DNA of 64,000 nt from an uncultured Candidatus Actinomarina sp. (GTDB taxonomy: Bacteria; Actinomycetota; Acidimicrobiia; Actinomarinales; Actinomarinaceae), in the NCBI GenBank assembly GCA_902521955.1, contig CABYTP010000004.1:21969-85968 (forward strand), written 5' to 3'. The position numbers and the translations under genes were made by a program. Positions 38,532 to 48,497 of this stretch are shown here, piece by piece. Under the pieces are notes generated by a model that ran no database searches, had not been told where the DNA came from, and saw only the letters and a list, made by a program, of their open reading frames with translations. The first letter of the stretch is position 1. Every line of letters starts with the position of its first letter.

Positions 38532-41497
38532 CAGCCGGTATAAGATCTCATTTCTGATTTTGTCCTATTTCCAGCAACACCATCTGGAATTAAACCAACT
38601 TTGCGTTGGAAAGCTTTTATAGCTTCCTTAGTATATGAACCAATTTCTCCATCAATAATTCCAGGATTAAATCCATTGTTTGCTAAATAGGTTTGGATGT
38701 CTGCAACTGAATCTAGTTTTGCATTTGAGTTATCTCTGGCAATACAAACATTTTGATTTCTACATCCTGTATACGCCCTCATAGCATCTTTAGTTTTATT
38801 TCCCACTATCCCATCAGCGAGTAAGCCATTTTCTTTTTGAAACTCTATAACCGCATTTTTAGTTTTTGGTCCTGTTTGTCCATCAATCGGTCCAGGATTA
38901 AAACCATTGCTAGATAGAAACTGCTGCACATCTAAAACAGAATTTATTACTAAGGATGTATTATCTTTTGGTACGCAAGCATCATTACCTGCATTAGGAT
39001 TTGCCACAGCAGTAGCACTTGCTTCTACAACTTCAGAACCATTTGCGGTCCAGCCTTCTTGGAAGGCACTACTTGAAAATAAGTCGCTTGATATTAATGA
39101 TTTACTTACCAATTGATTTACTATATAGGCAACTTCTCCAATAGAAATATTTCTACTAGGACAAAACTTATCTTGAATGGAACTACAAGCAGGAATTACA
39201 TCATTAGCAGCAAGTACATTGATTTCATTAGTCCATTTACTCGCCCCTTCATCAGAGTACTTGTCTATTGAGCCAGATAATTCAGTTGTTGAACCCGCTT
39301 TGATAGATTTTATAACCATACACGCAAACTGATCTCTAGCTACAGTTTCAGTTGGCTGAAACTGAAAAGGACTCCCAATACAAACTTGACTACCATAATA
39401 AGGAATTGCATTTATTGCTTTTTGATAAATGCTCTGGTCGTCATCACTATAAGCATTAGGTGCATCTAAAGAAACACCACCAATTGTTGCGACAATAGCC
39501 GCGGCTTCTTCCCTTGTTAATGTTTTAGCTTGGCAAGCTGATGAAGTTTCATTACAGTTGTTTAACAACCCCGCTCCAGATAGTAAGTTCAAACCGGCAG
39601 TTGAGGTGGCATATTGAGCTACATCCCCTGTAGAAGTAGAAGATGAAGTACCGGTTGAAGAGGACACAGTTGAGGTATTTACCGTTATAGGTCCAATTGA
39701 AAGATTTGATATATCAGATTGGCTGGAAGTTTTAAAGTAATGTGAAGTAAATCCTAATTGAGATTTAATATTTCTTCCAGATTTTGTAACAGTTTTTGAT
39801 GAGCCATTCTTAAATCCTTTCATTGTGACTTCAACAGCAGCACCTGACTCAGCAACAGATGAAACGTAAATATCAGTTATTGAGTCAAAACATGGCGTAT
39901 CACCACATAGGATATTTTTTGATAGTTGGTAACCAGAGAAATCATAAGACCAAGCAGCCTTACTATTACCAACTCTGTTGTCTACTGACCATGGATCATC
40001 TACTGTTTGAAGATAGGGCCATACCGTTGCTGACCCAAAGCCTACTGCATTATTGTTTGTCTTTCCCCCAGTCGAGGAAGAGTAAAAAGCTTGGATTACA
40101 GAGCTTTGTGTATAACCACCATTATAAGTTATGACTTTACCAGAAGTGTTATTGACAGCTTGTACCCAGTTTGGACCTGCTATTTCTTTAAGGTATCCGT
40201 AATAATATTGACTTGATGCAGTTGATCCGATATGACACCAGCAATAAGCTTGCCTCGATGCTGAAAGCCCTGCGTCAAGTGAAGTTGTTTGAGAAGGAAT
40301 ATTTTGCTTTAAGTATTGATAAACAGCATAACTTCTTCCAACTAAAGCCTGTGCCTCAAGAGCTTTAACATTCCAGTGAGAAGGCATTTCAGCTAAGCCG
40401 TATAAATACTTTTCTATGTTTACTGACAGCGAAACATGGAAGCCGGAAGAAACATTTTTGGACCTTAATTTTAAAACTCCATGTTTGTGTTCGCGCGGAC
40501 CAACTCTTATCCTTCCACCTTCCGACCAACTAATTCCAATATTACAACTTGCTGTTGATCTATTAACTAAAGGATGTCCATTAAAATAACATCCATTTCC
40601 ATTTGAAATAATATTTACAGTTGCACCTCCACTGATTTTTAATGGCCCGAATACTGATTCACATGGTCCATCAGAAGCTGCTTCAGATTTAATTTTATTA
40701 AGTGTATCAGCATCAATACTTCCAGATTGTGAAATTCCAACTGATGCTTGATAATTTTTTAGCGCATTTGAAGTTTTGTCACCAAATGCCCCATCCACAG
40801 GTCCAGGTTCAAATCCTCTTGAAGTTAAGAAAACTTGGACACCAGCTGTATCTGAAAGCCCATCTTGGCAAATAGAAAGAATAGGAGGGCTTGATGAAGG
40901 AAGAGTTGTTAGATTTATACTTTTAGCATTTCTTGCTAATCCAACCCAAAGAGCATTACTATCTGTTGCTATTTCAGGTGAGGACAAACTAATTTCAGAT
41001 AAATTTTCAACATTAGTGTCTGTAAAATAATAATCTACAACTTCATTTGAAGTACATGAGCTCGTATTACTACAAAAATTTGCACCAAGTTCTGTTAACC
41101 CTTTAGCTCCATATTGACTCAGCCCCACTCCGTGCCCCCATCCACTACCTGTGAAAGTAAATGAAGTTGTACTAAAGGCTCTCATAGCTTGCTTAGTTGC
41201 AGGTCCTACAACTCCATCGGCAGAGAGTCCAACTGTTTTCTGAAAACTAATAATTGCATTATCAGTTCTTGAACCGCTGAGTCCATCTATTGGCCCAGGA
41301 TTAAAGCCATTACAGCTTAAAAAAGTTTGAATATCTAAAAGGTTATCAAGAGGAGCAACAGCATTGTCTAAGCATCTTAACTGAGCATCATATTTTATTT
41401 CAATAGCACTTGCTTTTTGATTTGATGCTGAAAAAGGTATGAAGAAAATAAGAAATAAAGTAAATAAAATAATGTTTCTGAAATACCCCTGTTTCAT
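38528..41497 (-). CDS. secreted SpoIID/LytB-domain protein with five peptidoglycan-binding (PGBD-like) repeats
   Basis: Signal peptide MKQGYFRNIILFTLFLIFFIPFSA. SpoIID signature GSGWGHGVGLSQYGA. Five repeats of the form Q.FL...GFNPGPIDG..G..T..A...FQ...GL..DG..G..T, two at the N-terminus, one in the middle and two at the C-terminus. Confidence 0.7.
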   Translation of the reverse strand: MKQGYFRNIILFTLFLIFFIPFSASNQKASAIEIKYDAQLRCLDNAVAPLDNLLDIQTFLSCNGFNPGPIDGLSGSRTDNAIISFQKTVGLSADGVVGPATKQAMRAFSTTSFTFTGSGWGHGVGLSQYGAKGLTELGANFCSNTSSCTSNEVVDYYFTDTNVENLSEISLSSPEIATDSNALWVGLARNAKSINLTTLPSSSPPILSICQDGLSDTAGVQVFLTSRGFEPGPVDGAFGDKTSNALKNYQASVGISQSGSIDADTLNKIKSEAASDGPCESVFGPLKISGGATVNIISNGNGCYFNGHPLVNRSTASCNIGISWSEGGRIRVGPREHKHGVLKLRSKNVSSGFHVSLSVNIEKYLYGLAEMPSHWNVKALEAQALVGRSYAVYQYLKQNIPSQTTSLDAGLSASRQAYCWCHIGSTASSQYYYGYLKEIAGPNWVQAVNNTSGKVITYNGGYTQSSVIQAFYSSSTGGKTNNNAVGFGSATVWPYLQTVDDPWSVDNRVGNSKAAWSYDFSGYQLSKNILCGDTPCFDSITDIYVSSVAESGAAVEVTMKGFKNGSSKTVTKSGRNIKSQLGFTSHYFKTSSQSDISNLSIGPITVNTSTVSSSTGTSSSTSTGDVAQYATSTAGLNLLSGAGLLNNCNETSSACQAKTLTREEAAAIVATIGGVSLDAPNAYSDDDQSIYQKAINAIPYYGSQVCIGSPFQFQPTETVARDQFACMVIKSIKAGSTTELSGSIDKYSDEGASKWTNEINVLAANDVIPACSSIQDKFCPSRNISIGEVAYIVNQLVSKSLISSDLFSSSAFQEGWTANGSEVVEASATAVANPNAGNDACVPKDNTSLVINSVLDVQQFLSSNGFNPGPIDGQTGPKTKNAVIEFQKENGLLADGIVGNKTKDAMRAYTGCRNQNVCIARDNSNAKLDSVADIQTYLANNGFNPGIIDGEIGSYTKEAIKAFQRKVGLIPDGVAGNRTKSEMRSYTGC

Positions 41498-41527
41498 GTA
41501 ATCATTTTAGATATATTGGAAAATATT

Positions 41528-41908
41528 TCATATTCCAGCATTTTTTTTCCAATTTTTAAACATAGTAATTCCAGAAATGTAAAGCAAATAAGTAATAAAA
41601 ATTAAATAAGTAACTGGGAAAAGTTGACCTTTATAGTCTGAGAAAATACTAGGAGGTAAGAAAGATAGGCTTAAAAACAAAATCACACCAATAATTTTAT
41701 TATTAGTTAATGCATCTAGGGCTAATATGATCATGAAAAAATACATTATAAAAGTTATAAAAAATTGAGTACTGAAGAGTCTAATTTCATCAGAACTATT
41801 AAAAAAGCTAACAAATAATAGAAACAATGGAGTAACAATTAATGCATTTTTATAATTAGTTTTTACTAGTGAGGCAAACATACCTATTATTGTAAAGAAT
41901 ATATGCAA
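41528..41908 (-). CDS. small hypothetical membrane protein
   Basis: 126 aa with about four hydrophobic helices. Start ambiguous: TTG at 41908 or ATG at 41881. Confidence 0.35.
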   Translation of the reverse strand: MHIFFTIIGMFASLVKTNYKNALIVTPLFLLFVSFFNSSDEIRLFSTQFFITFIMYFFMIILALDALTNNKIIGVILFLSLSFLPPSIFSDYKGQLFPVTYLIFITYLLYISGITMFKNWKKNAGI

Positions 41909-42565
41909 TTGAGTGAATTTACTTATGTCTTTTTAATATTATGTGTCCCTTTTATTGGGTATATTGTTAGTACTACAAATCCAAAGAAAGGTTTTACAAT
42001 ACTTTTTAGTTCAATAATTTTTTTTGTAGTCTTCATTAATCAATCTATATTTACTTTTTTAGGAATATTATTTCTAGGCCTATATGCAAATTTACTACAT
42101 AAAAAGGAAAGAAATTATATTTTACTTTTTTCAATCACAAGTTTCTTCATTGGTTCATTTAATTTTGTCGGACTAGAGCTTTTAAAATCAACTTTACCAA
42201 TCCTTTTAGTATCATCAGTTTTTTCACTCATGATGATTGGACACTGGTTTTTGGTAGATCCCACAATATCTAGAGTTGGTATGAAAAATATTGCAATATT
42301 TTCTACCTCTTTATCCTTAGGCCTCTCAGTTCTTGTGTTTTTTGATTTTTACGAAAGTTCATCGGATCTGTTTAACCTTCTTTCTAACAGTGTACTAAAT
42401 AATGTAATGGTGTTTCTTTATATATCTGCTGCGATCTTATCTTTTGGGTCATTTAAGTCTCTACAAGAGAAATCGTATACGGGTGTTATGGCAAGTACAG
42501 GTTTAAGTTATCTTTCATTAATTGTGTCATTGGGTGCTTCTGGTACATTAATACTTTCTATTTAG
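41903..42565 (+). CDS. hypothetical polytopic membrane protein
   Basis: 220 aa with about six or seven hydrophobic segments. Divergent from, and overlapping the start region of, the previous gene. Confidence 0.4.
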   Translation: MQLSEFTYVFLILCVPFIGYIVSTTNPKKGFTILFSSIIFFVVFINQSIFTFLGILFLGLYANLLHKKERNYILLFSITSFFIGSFNFVGLELLKSTLPILLVSSVFSLMMIGHWFLVDPTISRVGMKNIAIFSTSLSLGLSVLVFFDFYESSSDLFNLLSNSVLNNVMVFLYISAAILSFGSFKSLQEKSYTGVMASTGLSYLSLIVSLGASGTLILSI

Positions 42566-42580
42566 CATTATTCTTAGAAA

Positions 42581-43123
42581 GTGAATATTTACACAAAAAA
42601 AGGTGACCATGGAGATACAAGCCTTTTATATGGTGATTCTGTATCGAAAGATGCCGTAGCACCAGAAGCCTACGGTTCAGTTGATGAGCTTGTAGCTTCC
42701 CTAGGTTTAATCAGAGCAGAATTAAAACTACCAACTGATATTAAAGCAATCATTTTACGTATTCAAAGAGAGCTCTTTATAGTTGGCGCTGAATTAGCGA
42801 CTGATAAATCAGAAAGAAAAAAGCTCTCCGCGGGAAAAACTTTGGTAACCGAAGAGATGATTATAAACCTTGAAAAAGATATAGACAATTTAACTGAAAA
42901 AAATGGCCTACCAAACTTCTTTGTTGTGCCAGGTGAAAATATAATTTCTGCAAAACTAGATTGGTCTCGAGTTGTTTCTAGAAGAGCTGAGAGAAAATGT
43001 GTAACTTGGTATAAAACCCTAGACATGAGTGACTCTAAAGTACTAATATATCTAAATAGATTATCTGACTTATTGTGGATGATGGCGCGAGACTTTGAAA
43101 AGGATTGGACACCAAGTAACTGA
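42581..43123 (+). CDS. PduO-type ATP:cob(I)alamin adenosyltransferase
   Basis: N-terminal IYTKKGDHGDTSL matches the YTRTGD.G.TSL PduO/MMAB motif. 180 aa. GTG start. Confidence 0.75.
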   Translation: MNIYTKKGDHGDTSLLYGDSVSKDAVAPEAYGSVDELVASLGLIRAELKLPTDIKAIILRIQRELFIVGAELATDKSERKKLSAGKTLVTEEMIINLEKDIDNLTEKNGLPNFFVVPGENIISAKLDWSRVVSRRAERKCVTWYKTLDMSDSKVLIYLNRLSDLLWMMARDFEKDWTPSN

Positions 43124-44496
43124 TGACTGAATTAAACATCTTATTTTTAAATGATATAAATAATGAAAAACTTTTAACATATTTTATAAGTGATGATGAA
43201 ATAAAAGATTATTTTAATATTCATAATTTCAATGGAAAAAAGAAGGAAATTCTTTTAGTTCCAAAACAGTACCTAAAAGATTCAAAGGACACATTGCTTA
43301 TTTCAACTACAGATATAAACAATGATTTCGACGCTTGCTATTTAGGTGCTATTGCCAGGGCCAAAATTAATCTAAACTGTACTATTACTTATGACACAGG
43401 CCTTGTTGACTTTTCACAGGTTGATCTATTCACTCTCGGAATGTTGTTGTCAGGTTATAAGTTTGATAAATATTTAAATAAAAAAAATGAAAATCAAAAA
43501 ATAACTTTTGATAAATCAATTGTTAGCAGTGAACAAGAAGTAACTAGAGATGCAATCTTTTTTGTAAGAGATTTAGTAAATACACCTACCCTTGATAAGA
43601 CACCGGAGTTCTTTATCGATGAGGTTAAAAAACTCATACAAAATGACGACATTAGCTTAGAGATTCATAATAAAGAATGGCTTGAAAACGAAGGTTTTGG
43701 AGGTGTTCTTGGTGTTTCCCAAGGTTCAGCAAAAGAACCTTATTTACTAGTAGGTGAATATAACAAATCAGCCAAATTTAAAGTTTCAATAATTGGAAAA
43801 GGAGTTTTATTTGACACCGGAGGTTATTCACTTAAATCTCCATCTGGCATGGAGACGATGAAAACAGATATGGCTGGCGCCGCGACTGCTTGGGGAGTAA
43901 TCAAACTTGCAGCATCATTTAAATTAGACATAGGTGTAAAGGTCTTCACTCCTCTTGTTGAAAATATGGTAAGCAGTACTGCCATCAGACCAGGTGATAT
44001 TCTTACAATGCGAAATAAAAAAACTATAGAGGTTTTAAATACGGATGCAGAAGGTAGATTAATTATGGCAGATGCACTTGCATATGCATCGGAAGAAAAC
44101 CCAGACCTTCTTTGCGATGTCGCAACACTGACAGGTGCCTCTTATGTAGCACTAGGGTTAGATATTGGTGCTGTATTTTCAAATGATATGTCTATTGCAA
44201 ATAATTTTGTTGATGCAAATATAAACGGGGTAGAGTCATATCATGCTCTCCCTCTATACAAAAACTATAAAAAATTAGTAAAGTCTGATATTGCAGATCT
44301 AAAAAATACAGGTGGTAGGTTTGGTGGAGCAATAACTGCAGCTCTGATTTTAGAAGAGTTTGTAAATGATGTTCCATGGATTCATTTAGATATGGCAGGA
44401 CCAGCTAGATCTAGAAACAACGATCCTTTAACACCAACTGGTGGAACAGGTTTCGGTGTTATTGGGTTTATAAATTTTCTAAAAACTCTTTCTTAA
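43123..44496 (+). CDS. pepA: leucyl aminopeptidase (M17 family)
   Basis: M17 signature NTDAEGRLIMADAL. Metal ligands in GKGVLFDTGG. Confidence 0.85.
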   Translation: MTELNILFLNDINNEKLLTYFISDDEIKDYFNIHNFNGKKKEILLVPKQYLKDSKDTLLISTTDINNDFDACYLGAIARAKINLNCTITYDTGLVDFSQVDLFTLGMLLSGYKFDKYLNKKNENQKITFDKSIVSSEQEVTRDAIFFVRDLVNTPTLDKTPEFFIDEVKKLIQNDDISLEIHNKEWLENEGFGGVLGVSQGSAKEPYLLVGEYNKSAKFKVSIIGKGVLFDTGGYSLKSPSGMETMKTDMAGAATAWGVIKLAASFKLDIGVKVFTPLVENMVSSTAIRPGDILTMRNKKTIEVLNTDAEGRLIMADALAYASEENPDLLCDVATLTGASYVALGLDIGAVFSNDMSIANNFVDANINGVESYHALPLYKNYKKLVKSDIADLKNTGGRFGGAITAALILEEFVNDVPWIHLDMAGPARSRNNDPLTPTGGTGFGVIGFINFLKTLS

Positions 44497-47375
44497 GACT
44501 CTTCTTTTAAATTACTTATAACAAAAACTAAAGTATCACCAGTTGTCATTACGGCACCTTGAGAAACATTAGTTCCAATAATTTTTCCATTGCAATTCTC
44601 TAAATCATTTTCTTCAAATTCTTCTTTTATAAAAAGTATTACATTGTTCTCTCTCATGAAATCACGAATTAAGTCTTCACCTTCTTCTGGGGTCAAGGTG
44701 CAAGGAGTGATACTTGGAATTGCAGCAGAAAATTTGTTACCCGATACTTCTAAAATTACCTCAGTTCCTTCAGGATACTCATCACCGTTTTCTAAATCTT
44801 GTGATAATACAAGACCTGGAGCTTCTTCAGATTCAACTAAATTAATAGTTGGAAGTATATATGATGAAAAAGCTATTTCTTCTGCATCAAGTATATTTAA
44901 CCCAATCAACTGTGGAATTTCAATAGTTGGAATTTCATAATATTTTTCTATGTCACTTGGATCTAAAGGCCATTCCAATATTGGCAAATCTTTAACTACT
45001 TCAGTCATGAATTCTTTCCACATTGGTGCAGGAACACGACCACCTGAAACATTTCTAAATATTTCACCTTTTATTTCAACATCTGTAAGAGGTAGCTGCT
45101 CTTCAGCAAAACCAATCCAAACTGATGAAGTGTACTGCGGTATAAATCCGATAAACCAGGCTTCTCTAAATCCTTGGTGAGTACCAGTTTTTCCCGCAAT
45201 TTCCCTATCCTCTAAAACAGCTCTAGTCCCAGTTCCATATTGTGCAGCAACTTCTAAAGTTTTTCTTACCGCAGCAGCAGCACCTGGATCAGGAATACTT
45301 ACTCGCGGAGACACAATATGTTTGTAAAGAATATTTCCTTTATCATCTTCAATTTTCTCAATTAAATATGTAGGAGCAAGCACACCATTGGTTGCAAAAG
45401 AAGAATAAGCTGAAGCAATTTCGATTGGCGTAACTGCACCTGCTCCTAAGGTTAGAGATATAACTGGGTCTAACTCAGATTCAATACCTATACGCTTTGC
45501 AGTAGAAGCAAGTTTTTCACCTCCGAGTTCAGAAGCTAATTGAGCAAAGACTGTATTAATAGATCTTCTTGTTGCCTCTTCAAGTGAAATCATTCCTGAT
45601 GTGTCGAGCAATTTAATTGATCTGTTATATTCTGCTTTGTCTTGGCATGGTTTAAATATAAATTGTGTCTCTGAATCCGTATCTATTTGTATTAAGTTTT
45701 GTTGGTACTCAATTAAATCAAGATCGAAAATTATTGTCTGCCCTTCAGGAATCTCTTCACCCTCTTCTAATTCTCTATAGATAATTAAGTTTCCTTCCTC
45801 GTCATACTGACCCAATGCTTTACCAATTTCCATCATTTTTTCTTCATCTGTTTCAAATTCTTCTAGATTTAGACCAAGTGGAAATTGTTTAATAAAATCT
45901 TTATTTTTTAGCTCTTCTATGTGAAAGTCAAAACATTGAAGTTCGATAGATCTATCTTTTGCATCAATTTTATTTAGGTATCTATCTGCTGTTATTGATG
46001 TACCATAGTTTCTCACAACCCACTTTTCTCCAATTCCATCTGGAGCACATGGATAACCACAGTTTATTTCCACCGGACTTCTTGAATCTCTGTAGCTGTA
46101 TAATTTTGCGCCTGATTCTAATGCAGCCAAAAGAGTAATAGGTTTAAACGCTGATCCTGGATTTCTCTTTCCTTGAGTAGCTAGGTTATATTGTTCTTCC
46201 TCAAAAGGTATTCCAGAAGACATTACTTCTATTGCTCCAGTAAAATTATTAATTAGGGTAATAACACCGGTAGGACGAGGTTCATCTGGGTCTTCTTCAT
46301 TGGAATCTGATGGCACCCATGTATTTAAAACTTCATTTGCATGTTGCTGTAATGATAGATTGAGGGTTACATACACTTTTAAACCACCGCCACCAAAGCA
46401 AGTTGTGTCATCAGAAGGACATCCAAAAACTGCTTTTTTTCTATCCTCTTTAGTATTTCCTAAAATAGCAAATTCAGGATCATTTAGTAGTTGTCTTTTT
46501 ACTTCAGCAACAACATGTTCAGCTTGGGCAACAAAATTTTTACTTTCTTTTACATTCAGTGGAGCAAGCTTTGCTGACCTGGCTTGAATATCTACAATAA
46601 AGCCTTCTTTGAGCATTATATTTATTACATCATTTCTTCTTTCCAATACTCGGTCAGGATATTTTCTTGGATTGTAATAAGCGGGGCTTCTGATGATGAC
46701 TACAAGTGTTGCAGCTTCATCTAAAGTTAACTCTTCTACAGTTTTATCAAAATATTCAAAAGCAGCTGACTGAATGCCATATGCACCTGCTCCCCAGTAG
46801 ATAGAGTTAATGTAATATTCTAAAATTTGATCTTTTGTGTATCTTCTTTCTAGCTCAGCTGCAACAACTGCTTCAGCAACCTTCCTTCTAATTGAAATCT
46901 CGTCACCAACAAATGATTGTTTTGCAACCTGGGAAGTAATTGTAGATCCACCACGTGTAACACCTCTTAAGTTATCGAGTACCGCACTAAGAATCGCAAT
47001 AAAATCTACACCCTCATGTTGATAATAATTACTATCTTCTGCTGCTAATAGGGTATTAACAACAAAAGGAGGAACTTCACTTAAAGCAATTGGGTCACGG
47101 TTTAATCCATCATGAAGCTCATCAAGAATCTGATTATCAGAAGTATATATTACGGAAGGTTCCGACAGTGATACAAAATTTAACACCATACCTTCAGCTC
47201 TTGGAAGAAATTTCTCTTCAAGGTCTGTAACGATTTCCATTCCTGACTTAATGGGTAAGAAAACAAAGAAACCAACCCATGCTGCAAACATAAAACTAGA
47301 TAGCAAAAGTAAGAACCCTGCTACATATCGAGAACCAAATCTTGATTTGTTTTCTAAATTATGGATTTGTGCCAT
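44493..47375 (-). CDS. class A penicillin-binding protein (PBP1A-type, GT51 transglycosylase plus transpeptidase) with C-terminal PASTA repeats
   Basis: TM anchor. GT51 motifs EDSNYYQHEGVD and GGSTITSQ. Transpeptidase SxxK (PGSAFKP), plus SxN and KTG (KTGT) motifs. Two PASTA-like repeats at the C-terminus. Confidence 0.85.
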   Translation of the reverse strand: MAQIHNLENKSRFGSRYVAGFLLLLSSFMFAAWVGFFVFLPIKSGMEIVTDLEEKFLPRAEGMVLNFVSLSEPSVIYTSDNQILDELHDGLNRDPIALSEVPPFVVNTLLAAEDSNYYQHEGVDFIAILSAVLDNLRGVTRGGSTITSQVAKQSFVGDEISIRRKVAEAVVAAELERRYTKDQILEYYINSIYWGAGAYGIQSAAFEYFDKTVEELTLDEAATLVVIIRSPAYYNPRKYPDRVLERRNDVINIMLKEGFIVDIQARSAKLAPLNVKESKNFVAQAEHVVAEVKRQLLNDPEFAILGNTKEDRKKAVFGCPSDDTTCFGGGGLKVYVTLNLSLQQHANEVLNTWVPSDSNEEDPDEPRPTGVITLINNFTGAIEVMSSGIPFEEEQYNLATQGKRNPGSAFKPITLLAALESGAKLYSYRDSRSPVEINCGYPCAPDGIGEKWVVRNYGTSITADRYLNKIDAKDRSIELQCFDFHIEELKNKDFIKQFPLGLNLEEFETDEEKMMEIGKALGQYDEEGNLIIYRELEEGEEIPEGQTIIFDLDLIEYQQNLIQIDTDSETQFIFKPCQDKAEYNRSIKLLDTSGMISLEEATRRSINTVFAQLASELGGEKLASTAKRIGIESELDPVISLTLGAGAVTPIEIASAYSSFATNGVLAPTYLIEKIEDDKGNILYKHIVSPRVSIPDPGAAAAVRKTLEVAAQYGTGTRAVLEDREIAGKTGTHQGFREAWFIGFIPQYTSSVWIGFAEEQLPLTDVEIKGEIFRNVSGGRVPAPMWKEFMTEVVKDLPILEWPLDPSDIEKYYEIPTIEIPQLIGLNILDAEEIAFSSYILPTINLVESEEAPGLVLSQDLENGDEYPEGTEVILEVSGNKFSAAIPSITPCTLTPEEGEDLIRDFMRENNVILFIKEEFEENDLENCNGKIIGTNVSQGAVMTTGDTLVFVISNLKEES

Positions 47376-47423
47376 ATAAAAATACTAATCCTTATATGTA
47401 GCAATATTGTACAATAATGAGAT

Positions 47424-48494
47424 ATGGAATTTTCACCTGGCTTAAGAGGAGTTGTAGCAGGAGAAACAGCTATTTCCACAGTTGGAAAAGAAGGCACCTC
47501 TTTAAGGTATAGAGGGTTTGATGCTACTGAACTTACTCAAAATAACACATATGAAGAAGTTGCTTCATTAATCATTACTAATTCTCTTGATGATAAAGAT
47601 TATAAAAAAAGTTTTGCAAAATATTACTTAGAGATAAGTAAAGATACAAATTTAAATAATCTTTTGGAGGAAATAAAACAAAAATTGCACCCCATGGATG
47701 TTGTGAGGACAATTGTTTCATATAAGGGAGAATTGACAACCCTCAGAAAGCAAAAACTAGATCAAGAGGACAAGACAGAACTTTCTTCGAGAATCAATGC
47801 TACAGTTTGCTACATTATTGCTTCGTACCATCAAGAAAGTTGTGACGAATTAGATAGTGAGTATTTAGTAGCCAGTTCTCTATTGCCAAATAACTCATCT
47901 CGGGAGAAACTGGAAGCTCTTGATGATATGTTAATCTTGTATGCCGAACATGGATTTAATGCATCTACTTTTGCTACTAGAGTTACAGCGTCAACTAGAG
48001 CGGATTTAACTGGAGCAATTGTTTCTGGGATAGCTACCTTAAAAGGAGAATTGCATGGTGGCGCCAATGAAAGAGCTGTTGAGTTAATTGATAGTTTTAG
48101 CACAATAGAGGAAACAGAAGTTGGCGTTAAAGCTCTTCTTGATGAAAAGAAAAAAATTATGGGATTTGGGCATGGAGTTTATAAAATTCAAGATCCAAGA
48201 AGTCCAGTTGTAAAACATTGGGTAGAAAAATTAGTAGATACTGATTTCTCAAAAAATAGATTTGAAATAGCAAAAAAGATTGACGAAATAATGGATACTG
48301 AAAAAAATCTTTTTCCAAATGTTGATTTTTACGGAGGTTTACTTTTAGCAGAACTCGGTTTTGAGGTTGATTTATTTACACCAATATTTGTTGCAGGTAG
48401 ATCAGTAGGTTGGGCTGCACATTATTTTGAACAACGAGAGCAAGATATATTGATTAGGCCAGCTGCAAAATATATTGGCCCATCTGAAAGATAA
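47424..48494 (+). CDS. citrate synthase family protein (short type; likely 2-methylcitrate/citrate synthase)
   Basis: GFGHGVYK and DFYGG motifs. 356 aa. Confidence 0.8.
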   Translation: MEFSPGLRGVVAGETAISTVGKEGTSLRYRGFDATELTQNNTYEEVASLIITNSLDDKDYKKSFAKYYLEISKDTNLNNLLEEIKQKLHPMDVVRTIVSYKGELTTLRKQKLDQEDKTELSSRINATVCYIIASYHQESCDELDSEYLVASSLLPNNSSREKLEALDDMLILYAEHGFNASTFATRVTASTRADLTGAIVSGIATLKGELHGGANERAVELIDSFSTIEETEVGVKALLDEKKKIMGFGHGVYKIQDPRSPVVKHWVEKLVDTDFSKNRFEIAKKIDEIMDTEKNLFPNVDFYGGLLLAELGFEVDLFTPIFVAGRSVGWAAHYFEQREQDILIRPAAKYIGPSER

Positions 48495-48497
48495 TTC

